Origin: an uncultured Armatimonadia bacterium
Lineage (GTDB): Bacteria > Armatimonadota > Zipacnadia > CAVVLO01
Assembly (NCBI GenBank): GCA_963749155.1
Contig: CAVVLO010000005.1
Span: 416,001 to 480,000 of the forward strand
DNA length: 64,000 nucleotides
Direction: 5' to 3'
In this document: piece after piece, positions 28,786-39,169 of the stretch
How the letters are laid out: each line of letters opens with the position of its first letter
Numbering within the stretch: position 1 is the stretch's first letter
The notes under the pieces: generated by a model
Seen by the model: the letters and a program-made list of their open reading frames with translations, nothing else
Database searches by the model: none
Told to the model about the DNA's origin: nothing
Program-made: the position numbers and the translations under genes

Positions 28786-30124
28786 ATGAGAAGTTTGATT
28801 TTGCTTTTGGGACTGTTGCTCTGCACTAGTTCCAGCTGGGCGCTGGAGGTTAAGGAGGGGCAGTTCTGGTTCAGAGGCCAGCCGGTCACTTTGCTCGGAG
28901 ACAGCTTCCAGGGCGCGCTTGGCAACTCTGCTCTTGATTACGAAGCCTGGCTCGATGACGTGCAGAAAGAGGGCCTTAACTGCATCGCCTTCTGGGGGCT
29001 TTGGCCTGTTCGCCAGTGGTCTGATGGACGCAACTCCGACAGTGACCGCTGGGGTACGGATTATCCAGTCGAGGCCTTGATGCCCTGGGCAAGGACCGGC
29101 AAGAGCCCTGGTTTTGATGGCTTGCCGCAGTATGATTTTGGCAAGTGGGATGAACGCTATTGGCAGCGCATCCGCGACCTTTGCGATGCCGCAAGTGAGC
29201 GCGAACTCATCGTCCAGATAAGCCTCTTCGATGAGTGCCTTCTGGAGCCAGCCGTGCGCGGCAGTGCCCGAGGCTGGTGGTGGCATCCCTTCTGCTATCG
29301 CAATGGCGGCCCAATCAACAACGACCACGACGGCTTCGAGGCCTATGACCTTGCAAGTTCGCGTGTCCAGCTAGTGGAACGTCGTTATGTACGCCGGATG
29401 TTGCTTGAGACCGCCGAATTCGACAACGTCTGCTTCGAGCTGTGCAACGAAGGCTCGACCGCCAGCGATGAGTGGAACCTGTATTGGCTGCGCTATGTGA
29501 AGGCCCATAGCCGCGCCCCCATCGCGATGAACGCCGATTTTGGCCAGGCTCCGCCCGAGTTCTGGCTTGCTGCGCCGGAGTGCGATTACGTCACCTTCCA
29601 CCCCAGTTTCGACTTGGCGCAAAACGTTGAACTTTGGCGCCGCTATGCGGGTAAAGGCAAACCCGTGGTGATTGACGAGGCTAATCCCGAATATCAGGGT
29701 CTCGCAGGCGGCACGGGCCCTGAAGGCTTTTTGCCAGTTTTCTGGGCGGCTGCGCTGTGCGGGGGCCATTATATGCTGCAGGACGATTCGCCCTTTGGTT
29801 ACGGTTCAGCCACAACTCGCTACACCGAAGGCCACCAGGGTCGCAAACTGATTGCCCCACTCGGACAACTTTGCGGGCAAGGTGTTTTCCGCCCAACACC
29901 CGAGGTGGTATGCGGAGCCAGCTTTCGGCGCCTGGCTGGGGAAGCAGCTTGTGGTTTTTCTGCCCGAGGGCTGCGCGCAGGCTTCACTGGAAGCAAGCCT
30001 CGACCCGAAGCGGATCCGCTGGCTGGAGGTATTAACAGGTCAGTGGCTGCCCGAGCAAGCCCAGACTAGCCCTGCCAAACCAGCAGGGCTGAGCGGGCCA
30101 GCCGTAGCAGTGATCAGTTTTTAA
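28786..30124 (+). CDS. Secreted putative glycoside hydrolase (clan GH-A/DUF4038-like TIM barrel), frameshifted near 29890
   Basis: Signal peptide, ELCNEG (acid/base-like) and KPVVIDE (nucleophile-like) motifs. Confidence 0.7.
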
Positions 30125-31089
30125 GCCCGGCCAGGCGGAACTTCCCAGTACATCAGATCGTGTGACCTGGCCAGTCCGAGTCTGTTGTAGCCGCGCCCGG
30201 AGTAATTGTTCCAGCGGTCCGGCTGGTCGACCCGTTGCGCATATAACAGGTAGAAGTAGCCATCGTGGGCGCGCCAGTCTACCAGGCTGGCAGCATTGCC
30301 GACTTGGTCAAAACCAGGCTCGCGGGGAACCTTCAGCCGCCTGAATCCCTGCCAGGCCAGCCAATCCTCGGGGTCATCGCCACTGCCCTTCATCCGGGCA
30401 AGACATGGATGGTGGTCGTCCTTGTCCATTTTTGTCCACAGCAGGTACCAGTGGCTGTCAATCAAAAGAAGCTGGTAGTTCTCGGCGCCTTCCAACTGAC
30501 CAAGTTTGCGCCAGCCAGAAGGACCGACGACCTCGGCGGTCGCAAGGGTGGGTGTCTGACGCTCCTTATAGGCCAGGTAGTATATCCCTTTGTGGCAGGC
30601 CAGTGCGGCATCGATAGCACGGATGCCATTGGTCAGGTTGGTCGCCAGCGGCAGGTAAGTCTCCCAGTGAATCAGGTCACAAGAGGTGGCATAGAAGAGC
30701 TGGTTGAGAGGTTCATCGCCCCAGCGGTTGAAGGTCAGATACCAGACTTCGCCTAGGCGCGTGATGTCTGGGCTGCAAGCCCCGCGCCAGCCCAGTTCCG
30801 CTCCGCTCCAGTTGAAGAGCGGTGCCGACCAGCGCACCAGGTCGGGTGAACGCACCCCAACGACATGGCTTCGTACCTCGCCTCTGTCCCAGTAGAAGGC
30901 CGAGAAGAAGCAGTAGAAGTTGCCCTCATGCCAGGTCAGGCAGGCATCTTTTATTGACCAGTCAGGATAGGCAAGAATTGGATTTTGAAGCTGTTGCCAG
31001 TCGAGGAACGGTACCTGGCCAGCCCAGGCAATAAACGTCCAGGCCAGCCAGAATATAACCAGCGACAACAGCAGGCGACGGAATCTCAA
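30121..31089 (-). CDS. Secreted five-bladed beta-propeller glycoside hydrolase-like protein (GH32/43/130-like)
   Basis: Signal peptide, NPIL...IKD, repeated SxDLxxW (Asp-box-like) motifs, AIDA. Confidence 0.72.
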   Translation of the reverse strand: MRFRRLLLSLVIFWLAWTFIAWAGQVPFLDWQQLQNPILAYPDWSIKDACLTWHEGNFYCFFSAFYWDRGEVRSHVVGVRSPDLVRWSAPLFNWSGAELGWRGACSPDITRLGEVWYLTFNRWGDEPLNQLFYATSCDLIHWETYLPLATNLTNGIRAIDAALACHKGIYYLAYKERQTPTLATAEVVGPSGWRKLGQLEGAENYQLLLIDSHWYLLWTKMDKDDHHPCLARMKGSGDDPEDWLAWQGFRRLKVPREPGFDQVGNAASLVDWRAHDGYFYLLYAQRVDQPDRWNNYSGRGYNRLGLARSHDLMYWEVPPGRA

Positions 31090-31099
31090 GGGGCTGCAC

Positions 31100-34037
31100 T
31101 CACCTCTTCAGCAGATAGTGTAGCGCGCCCCGATGAGCTTCGGGCAGTTTGACTGTCGTCCCCTCTGGGCCGAAGCTACGCTCCAGTTCGATGGCATACA
31201 GGTTGAGCCCTGTGTGATAATCATCTCGATAGGCCTCTGCTGTTGACCAGTCACCCAGAGCGGCAGGCAGATAGAGTTCGGGCGCGCGGCAGAGAATCGC
31301 CAGCCCCGCTGTGTAGCCATCCGGCAGCCGTTCGGCTGGGACTAGCGCAAAGGCCACCTGGGCCGGCTCGGAGGTCACTCTCTTTTCCTTGCCATCGGCC
31401 ACGAACTGGTTCAGTCGATTGCAGGCGATGGCCAGGAGCTCTCCCTGATCGTTCAGCCGCCAAAAAACCGGTGCGGTCGAGCTCACACTAACCTGATGGC
31501 CGGCCACCCATTGGCCCTCCAGCCTCACCTGCATTGGCGGCAGCGTCAGACGCTCTACGATAGGCTTGTCCTGCTCCTCGTTACGGAAGAATCCCCCAGG
31601 CCATTGCTCAACAATGCCCTTAAAGTGAGGCGCAACTGCTACCGCGCCATTGCCAAAACGCGCGAAGAAGTAATCATCTCGCGTGCGAGAAAGCCATTCC
31701 GGGTTGTCCTCGGTCGGCGCTGCGTCCGACTTCGGATAGGCACCTAGCGTATCCAGCACCTCGAAAAGTGTCCGCACATCTTGCCCGGTGGAGGCGCTCT
31801 GGTCGTCGCGTAGCCTGCAACCGAGGAACACCGCGATGCCTTTACCAAGCTTGCGATAAGAGCCAATTATTCGTCCATCCACAGACCTCGCGGCGATTTG
31901 CACCTCGTCATATGCCACCTGCACCGGATAGGTGCGGTCAGGCAAAAGGTCGGTCAGCACCGGCATCGGCGCCACCTGGGCAAGCGGTCCTTCAAAACGC
32001 ACTTCGTTTGTTGAGAAGCTCTTCAACAGGTTCGAGTCCGGCTCTACTCCAAAAAGCTGGGTAAACCGACTGGTCAGCGACTCGCCCGTGTCGGGGTCAG
32101 TTTCAGCCGGTGCTGACTGCCAGATGAGCGTGCCTCCTGCCATCACGAAGTCCCGCAACAGCGCGAGCGTTGCCTTCCGCATGAAGGGGCTGTAAAGCAC
32201 CACGACAGTAGAATAATCGCCCAGGCCCGCCTTCAGCCGGCCCTTCTCGATGCGCCCGAGCTCGAGCAACTTGTGGTCGGTGAGATAGTTGGCATAGCCA
32301 TATTGCACCATCCAGCTACCAAAACGCTCCTCTGAATACAGCAAATCCAGCGGATAGACCAGCAGCACGTCGCTTGTGCGAGGCCGTGCATCGTGAACCA
32401 GATTGCCTGGCGCGCCGCCGAAGCCATACGCCGCAGCTACTCCGTTCATCCTGGTGCCGACCTCGCGCGGGAAGCCCCAGGCGCCCCAATAGGACGTCTC
32501 ATATTCGTTGACTGCCGCCTGGCTGGCGGTCATCGCCCCGCCGTAGTAGTCGCGGTCCAGGTAGCCGCCTTCGCAGAAATCGTTGCCTCCACCCGTCAGA
32601 TAGTCGCCCCAGGAAAAATAGTCGTAGCAACCGCTGATAGCCTCCCGGATGGACGCCGACGACTCGTAGGCAGGGGTATAGTCATAGCGCACCGGCCCCA
32701 TGTGGTCGCAGGTGGGCGACTCCTGCCAGGTGGCATGATTGCGCGAAGTGCAGGGCTTGCCGTACAGCTCTTCGGCATATTCCCGCCCCTTGGCGCATAG
32801 CCCTTTAACCTGATTTTGAAGCAGCTCGAAGTAGTTTTTCCTCAGCACCATCGTGGCCGCGACGTCGGCAGGTTCTGGCCCAAGCACATGCTGGGCATAG
32901 GGATCGTCAGGATGCATCCCATATGCGTGATAGACCAGCAGCTTGTCCGCATCGTCCCAGTCACCTGGCGTCGAGTCCAGCAACCTGCCCTGGAGCGCGG
33001 GACTCATATACCGCGTGCGCAACTCCGTCGGGCCGAAGTGGGTACCCAGGTCCCAGTCGAACCAGATATGCATCTCATCGCTGTAGAAGTTGATGAACTG
33101 CACGCCGCGCTCGTTGTACCAGTCCAGCAGGCCCTTGGTGTAATCCCAGGCCCGGCGATCGAAATAGTCCATCTCGGGCGTGCCCATCATCAGCACAACC
33201 AGCACCTTGTTGCCGCTGCCGGCAGGCGCCTGACCTGTGACCTTGAGCTTGCCGCAGACAAACTGGGCGGGGAAGGGGCGCTGCTGCGGGTCGGGATGCT
33301 TGCGCCCGTAGAAGTCGCCAGGCACCTCTTCAAAGCTGACACTCTCAACTGGCCTGGATGCTTTCGGGCTTCACTACATAATAGCTGCTCCCGTCCAGGC
33401 GACTCTCTTCGAAGCTGAAAGCCTTGACTCCAAGCAGTTGCAGTTCTACCGGACCTTTGTTGTTTACCCAAACCTTGTTAAGTGGCGCGGTAACTTCGAA
33501 GGTGCCATCCGGATTCAAAGCGCCTTCCTGGAAGACATGCTGCTCACCGCTCACACCGAACTCGTCGCGGAAGTCCCAACCCAGGTCCAGCGGGTTGAGC
33601 GCGCTCGCGCCAAAGCCAAGGCCATAACGCTTGCAGACGTCGTTCATCTTGATGACCGCTTCCTTGAGTTCAGGCGCGTTGAGATGCAATTCGCGCTTGT
33701 TTCCCCCGAAGAAGAAGTCATATGAGATGGTGACTTCGCGACCGTGACGGTCGGCTGCGCCTTTCACCAGTTCCTCAAAGCTGACGGCAGCCTCCATATC
33801 GTGCAGCAGGAAGCCCTTTACCGGCTGGCTCGGATCGGCGGCCACCGCGCGGAACTGGTCGTCCGAGGTGAAGATGACCGTATTGTGGCCCCAGAAGCTC
33901 CACGGGCCGACAGCTTTAAGTTGCGGGGCGGGACTGGCTTCGTTCATAACGGTACCCTCCTGGGCATAGCAAGCGGTCGCGGAACAGGTAAGTAACAGGC
34001 AGATTAGTGATGAAAGATTGACTCTCATAGGTTCCAT
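31100..34037 (-). CDS. Large secreted putative glycoside hydrolase of unassigned family, frameshifted near 33350
   Basis: Signal peptide; ORFs 33345-34037 and 31100-33325 join; YSDEMH motif and a trimerisation-domain-like LRDFVMAGGTL. Confidence 0.65.
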
Positions 34038-34060
34038 CCTTGATTGTAAACCGAAGGAGC

Positions 34061-35590
34061 CTAGAGCGCACAGTTACCTTCGGCCACGATGCGCGGATCT
34101 TTTTCCAGCTCTTCCATAAGCGCTGGATGCACGCCATGCAACATATTCGAATTGAAGATGGCCCTCGCGGTTGAGCCAGCCTCTGAGAAGTCGATCAGAT
34201 GAGTGGCAGGCGTTTTATCACCCTGAGACAAGTCGGTTGACCAGCACAGGAGGTCGTTGCCCGTGATTGTCGCGAGCACCTGAGCGCCAGACGCTGCCTC
34301 CAGCACGGCGCGGCGGAAGTAGACCAGGTTCGAGCTGGCTATCAGGACTCGCACAAGCCGGTTTCCCTCGACGCGGCAGACTGGCCCTCCGCCCTTGGGA
34401 TGAAAACCGCATCCTACGAACCTTATATATGACTGGAAGGTATCGCGCTCGCAGGTGTTGCTGACCCGCACGGTGCAGAAGTCGGCCGGCGTGAAGGAGA
34501 GCTCCGGTAGCAACGTATGGCCCGCGCGACTGTAGACATCGTCAGGCTTCGGCGTGAAGCCGAACTGGGTGTGGAAGATAAAGCTGTTGTCATACTGCAC
34601 CTGGTCGTCCACTGCCTGGCTGTCGAACCATACAGGGATGAGGGCTTCCAGATTGACGTTGCTCGCGCGGACCGAGAAAGCCCCCAGGCTGCCTTCCTCA
34701 GCCTTGTGCAGTATCCCGACCGCAAGCCCGAAAACCAGCACATCGGAAAGGAACAGTCCATCCGACTTGCCCAGCACAAGCCCTAACGCGGTCTTGCTTA
34801 TCTCCCCGCATGCAGGATGGAAGAAGGTCGGCCGGAATTGCAGATTGCGCAGTACGATGGTATCGAGGCTGTTCTGGATATTAATCCCTACAGAGAGCGG
34901 ATAGCCCCACAGCCCATCCACAGTGTTCTGGGCTATCTGCCGCAGCGGGGGATTTTCACCAACGAATTCGAGTAGCTGATATGCGTTAAGCGCGCCGATA
35001 TTCCTGATTGTGACAGACCGCCCTGATAGCGGGCCATCAAAGGGTATGGCCTCGCTCCGTGGAATTCCGGGCACCTGGGCCTGCTGGCCGAAACCGCGCA
35101 CTGACAGCATGGGCGGATAACGTTTGATTGGGAGCGCGGTATATGGCACCTGGTCGGGGTAGACGAAGGTAAGTCCATCGACGCCTGAATTATGCGCCAG
35201 AGTAAGGGCTGGATAATCAGCCTGGGCCAGTAACAAGCCTCCTGCGATGGGGCGATAGGGCACTGCTTTGGGTGCATCCTGCCCCGCATCATGCACCGCA
35301 AGAAAAGCTGCATCTGCAGGCCCTGCATGGATGCCCTTCAGCGTTACATCAGGGCGCACGAGTAAAGGACGCTCAAGCCGCCAGCCTTCCGGCGCACCGG
35401 GCACGAAAACAACGCCCCCACCAGCCAGAAAAGCCGCGTCAATAGCCGCCTGGAAGGCCCCCGAGTCGTCGGTTATGCCATCTCCAACCGCTCCGAAATC
35501 GCGCACCGAGAAGTAATCTGCCGACCTGGCCTGGCAAAAAAGGCTGGCTAGCAATCCGAGTACAAGCACTAGCAGCAACTGATTATTCAT
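34061..35590 (-). CDS. Pectate_lyase_3-type right-handed beta-helix protein
   Basis: Start MNNQLLLV (signal peptide); SVRDFGAVGDGITDDSGAFQAAID motif. Confidence 0.8.
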   Translation of the reverse strand: MNNQLLLVLVLGLLASLFCQARSADYFSVRDFGAVGDGITDDSGAFQAAIDAAFLAGGGVVFVPGAPEGWRLERPLLVRPDVTLKGIHAGPADAAFLAVHDAGQDAPKAVPYRPIAGGLLLAQADYPALTLAHNSGVDGLTFVYPDQVPYTALPIKRYPPMLSVRGFGQQAQVPGIPRSEAIPFDGPLSGRSVTIRNIGALNAYQLLEFVGENPPLRQIAQNTVDGLWGYPLSVGINIQNSLDTIVLRNLQFRPTFFHPACGEISKTALGLVLGKSDGLFLSDVLVFGLAVGILHKAEEGSLGAFSVRASNVNLEALIPVWFDSQAVDDQVQYDNSFIFHTQFGFTPKPDDVYSRAGHTLLPELSFTPADFCTVRVSNTCERDTFQSYIRFVGCGFHPKGGGPVCRVEGNRLVRVLIASSNLVYFRRAVLEAASGAQVLATITGNDLLCWSTDLSQGDKTPATHLIDFSEAGSTARAIFNSNMLHGVHPALMEELEKDPRIVAEGNCAL

Positions 35591-35679
35591 AAAAGCCAGT
35601 TTCTCCGAACGGGCCGCCTGTCCTGCAGGGCGCAAGGCCTTTCCCAAGCGAGAAGGATGCGCTATACTACCCCTCGCGT

Positions 35680-35755
35680 GCGCCCGTAGCTCAGCGGATA
35701 GAGCGTTCGGCTCCGGACCGAAAGGTCGCAGGTTCAATTCCTGCCGGGCGTACCA
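35680..35755 (+). tRNA. tRNA-Arg(CCG)
   Basis: GCGCCCG/CGGGCGT acceptor stem, TTCGG-CTCCGGA-CCGAA anticodon arm, GGTTCAATTCC T-arm, encoded CCA; TATACT -10 box at 35663. Confidence 0.97.
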
Positions 35756-35766
35756 ACCTCTTTTAT

Positions 35767-37869
35767 TCAGTCTGAAGTCACCACGATGGCCGCGTAAGCG
35801 CCCAGCCGCTCGAGTCTCACTTCAAGCCACTTGCCAGCTATATCCCAGCGGCCTTCCACCTGACGGAACTCGACTTTTGGCAGGCTCTCAGGCGCAGGCA
35901 GCCTTACTACAACGTCACTGACTGGTATGATTTCGTCAGGTTGGCGCAGGGCCGTAGGCAGTGACCAGGGCACTGTCCGGTTGGCGAGATGGACGATGAC
36001 GCGGCCCTCGGCTTCCTGGCGGAAAAGCGTAACCTCGACGGTCTTCGGCGCCTCGACCTCAAGTTGACGCATCGGGAAGGCAGCCTTCACAAGCTCGCTC
36101 ATCAGCTCGCCGGTATGTTCTTCTCCATGCTGCTCAAAATAGCGCCCCAGGCCGAAGGCGACGTAATAAGCCTTCCCCCGCCCGAAGTCGCTGATTGTAA
36201 CGGCAGGCCACTTCGCCGGTCCAACAGGAAGCGGGTCCTCTACACCGCCCACAGAACCCGCCGGGTCGGTCTCGATACGGCGGGCAAGCACTTGCCCGGT
36301 TGTTTCCACAAATTGAAACGCGCCCTTATACGGCGTCGGCTCGATGGGACGCTCCAGTGCAAAGGGGCCCTCGACCGCGCCCTCCCACGTGATGCCCAAC
36401 ACCTCAGCCAAGCCGAAATCTTCGCGCCAGAAGCCCTTCTCATCCTCGAGTGACGTCTCTCCGGTCGCAATCAGCGTCCCACCCGCCTTGACCCACTGTC
36501 GCAGCACTTCGCAGCAGGCATTGCTGAGGTTGGTAGGCTCCGGGAGAATGACCAGCGAAAACTGCGCCAGGTCGGCTGGCGAGGTCAGGCGTTCTGCGAT
36601 GACTGCATCAAAGGGATAATGCTCCTCCGTCAGCAGGCGGCTCCAGCCGGTCAGCTCTTCCAGCCAGTAATAATCGCCCCGAGACCCTGAATACTTGCGG
36701 GTCGCCCAACTGAACAGCAACGCGACCTTCGCCTGTGACACGGCGCCGTCGGCAAGATCATCATCTGCCATATAGAAATCGAATCCGTGGCGAACGTTGT
36801 CATAAAGGCGTTTTGCTGTTGTGGTGTCTGGATAAGCGCCGATTCCGCAAGGGCCAAAAGCCCCGCCATTGTTGGCTTTGACCGCCGAGGCGGAAAGCTC
36901 CCACTGGGCTTTGCTGATAGGCCAGTGGCCGTAATGGGCCGAGTGCGATGTGCGCAGCATCCAGGAGGGCATCCCCAAGCCGTGATGCAGTTTTACTGTC
37001 AGGCTGGACGTATTGAGGTCGCAGCAGGGGGAGTAGAAGGCCTCGAAAGCCTCTGAAAGAAAGACGTCCAAATGGGGCAGCCACCCCTCGCCGAAGCCGA
37101 TAAGCTCCGGCGTCAGCGGCACCGAGGCGTTGTGCGCGGCAACTACCCCATATTCGTGCAGGACACCTGTGAGTTCGGCGATGAGACTTGCCTGGCGTTC
37201 GGCCTTCCAGTCTATATACGTGCGCCAACCTGCCCGCAGTTCCTCCCAGGTCGGATTCGCAGTGCCAAGCAACGCCTCGAGACTCGGCCTGCAAAACTCG
37301 CACACGCAAGGCTCGACGCAGTGGAACATATCCATATGGAAGGCGTCAGGCTGGTATTTTTCGCAGATCTCCCGGGCCAGCGCGACGACCTGCTCGCGGC
37401 GCGGAGAGTTGGCGCAGGGCACCTGCCAGGCCCCGCCGGGCAGCGCCTGGACGCGGTATTCTGGCAGGTCAGGATTCGCCCAACTCGCAAGCGGGGCAGA
37501 CTTGCGGACTTCGGCCTCAAAGGCCCCAACGGGCACCACGCGCCACTCTGGATGGGCCGAATTGAGCCAGTTTATGTAGGCGATGACGCGCACGCCTGCC
37601 GCCTTGAGGCGACTGGACACTTCGCCGAAATAGTCGCGGCCGGCAAGGCCCGGATGCTGCGGAACGATTGCGCTTGGATAATAGGCGATGCCAAACTGGT
37701 TGCCCGCATACAGGGCCACCAGGTCTGAGCCGAGGTCCGTTAGCTCTTTGGCGATCCGGTCGGGGTCATAGGCGGCGAAGGCCGTCGCCTGCTCGTTCAG
37801 CGCATATTGGTCATACCAGTAGAGGCGCTGCCGTTTTCTGAGCCAGTCCATATAAGGGCCTCCTGCCAC
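35767..37869 (-). CDS. Putative glycoside hydrolase (GHL6/alpha-fucosidase-like barrel plus beta-galactosidase trimerisation domain)
   Basis: YYPS...HPGL.GRD, HPEW, YQPDAFHMD, CVCEFC and WVKAGGTLIATG motifs. Confidence 0.75.
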   Translation of the reverse strand: MAGGPYMDWLRKRQRLYWYDQYALNEQATAFAAYDPDRIAKELTDLGSDLVALYAGNQFGIAYYPSAIVPQHPGLAGRDYFGEVSSRLKAAGVRVIAYINWLNSAHPEWRVVPVGAFEAEVRKSAPLASWANPDLPEYRVQALPGGAWQVPCANSPRREQVVALAREICEKYQPDAFHMDMFHCVEPCVCEFCRPSLEALLGTANPTWEELRAGWRTYIDWKAERQASLIAELTGVLHEYGVVAAHNASVPLTPELIGFGEGWLPHLDVFLSEAFEAFYSPCCDLNTSSLTVKLHHGLGMPSWMLRTSHSAHYGHWPISKAQWELSASAVKANNGGAFGPCGIGAYPDTTTAKRLYDNVRHGFDFYMADDDLADGAVSQAKVALLFSWATRKYSGSRGDYYWLEELTGWSRLLTEEHYPFDAVIAERLTSPADLAQFSLVILPEPTNLSNACCEVLRQWVKAGGTLIATGETSLEDEKGFWREDFGLAEVLGITWEGAVEGPFALERPIEPTPYKGAFQFVETTGQVLARRIETDPAGSVGGVEDPLPVGPAKWPAVTISDFGRGKAYYVAFGLGRYFEQHGEEHTGELMSELVKAAFPMRQLEVEAPKTVEVTLFRQEAEGRVIVHLANRTVPWSLPTALRQPDEIIPVSDVVVRLPAPESLPKVEFRQVEGRWDIAGKWLEVRLERLGAYAAIVVTSD

Positions 37870-37903
37870 TTAAATCAGGTGCGGCAGGATTCGCCCCCTG
37901 GGC

Positions 37904-39120
37904 TCAGCTCCCTGCACCGGTTTCGGCAGCGGCTGTTATCCTGGGTTTGCCTTGCCGCGGCAGAGCGACTGTAAAAGTGGTGCCCAGCCCTTCGCTGCTG
38001 GTGAAACCGATCACACCGCCCAGACAGCGTTCTGTCAGCAGCCTTGCGCTGAAAGTCCCGATGCCCCGGCCTGTCTCGCCCTTGGTGGAGAAAGACCTTT
38101 GGAAGAGCTGCTGCTGCACCTCGGCAGGCATAGCCCCTTCATTATGCACTGAGAAGACAAGCCTTGCTCCATGGTCATCGGCGCCGAGTTCTACTGTGCC
38201 CCCTGGCGGAGTGGCCTCGAGCGCGTTTTTTACCAGGTTGCCGAGCACCCGTCGGAGCAGCACTGGATCGGTCTCGAAAGTTGAGGGAGGCATCGTGGTA
38301 AGCTGGACCTCTTTGCCGATAGCGACTGAGTGTGGCGATAAAGGTCAGCCACCGATTCCAGTATCTCGCTGATGCTGACTTGCTGGAAGTCCGGTGTCAG
38401 ACGTCCGGTCTCCGCCTGCATTAGCTGGCGCTGGGCAATCAACTCATCGGTGATCTGGTTAGTCAGACGGCCAAGTTCGCGCCGATATTCAGCCTCGGCC
38501 TCTTCATCCTCGGTCGGCCAGGCGAGCAGTTCTACCAGGGCTTTGAGGCCCGAGGCAACATTGAGCACATCGTGGAAGAAAGCTCGCTCCAGCACAGCCC
38601 GGCGTTTCTCGGCGCTAATATCGCGCATAGCGGCGACGATTAGTTCCAGATCGCCCAGCCGGATGAAGGAAGCCTGCACATCAACGTCCACTGCGCCGCC
38701 ATCTCGCTTGAGTTTTGTGCGCAGCCGGCACTCTCGCTGGGCAGTTGCCTTGTTCTCCATGCACTCGAGTACCGCGTTTACGGCCCCGCAAAGCTGGCAA
38801 GGTTCGCCTGTACCGCAACCGTTTGGGTTATTTTCTACGTGGACGCACTGTAAGGCTTCGCCAGGACGCTGTCCAAGCAGCGCATCTGGGCTTTCGAGGT
38901 CCATCAGTTCAAGGACCCGGGTGTTGGCAGCAATTATCTGGCGGTCTAGATTAAGCACGACGGCAAGGCCGGGGATTGCTTCAAGCAACGCTACAGCCAG
39001 CTCATCTTCCAGAAAGCGTTTACGCTCCGACTGAAGCTGTTCAGGGCCAGTTCGTTCGGCCGATGCGAAATATGTCAGGCTGTCACCCGTGCCGCGCGGT
39101 GTATGATCCATAGCGGCCAC
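37904..39120 (-). CDS. Orphan sensor histidine kinase with a Cys-rich PAS-like domain, frameshifted near 38330
   Basis: FFHDVLN H-box, LGNLVKNALEA N-box, FSTKG..GRGIG G2 box. Confidence 0.88.
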
Positions 39121-39169
39121 CTCCAGCGATGCTGCAAGCCTCTTCTAGTATCCTACCACGCCTTGCTGC

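Noticed and set aside
35680..35766. Genomic island integrated at tRNA-Arg
   Set aside because: No integrase next to the tRNA and no duplicate of its 3' end found in the window (only a 10-bp chance match near 48333).
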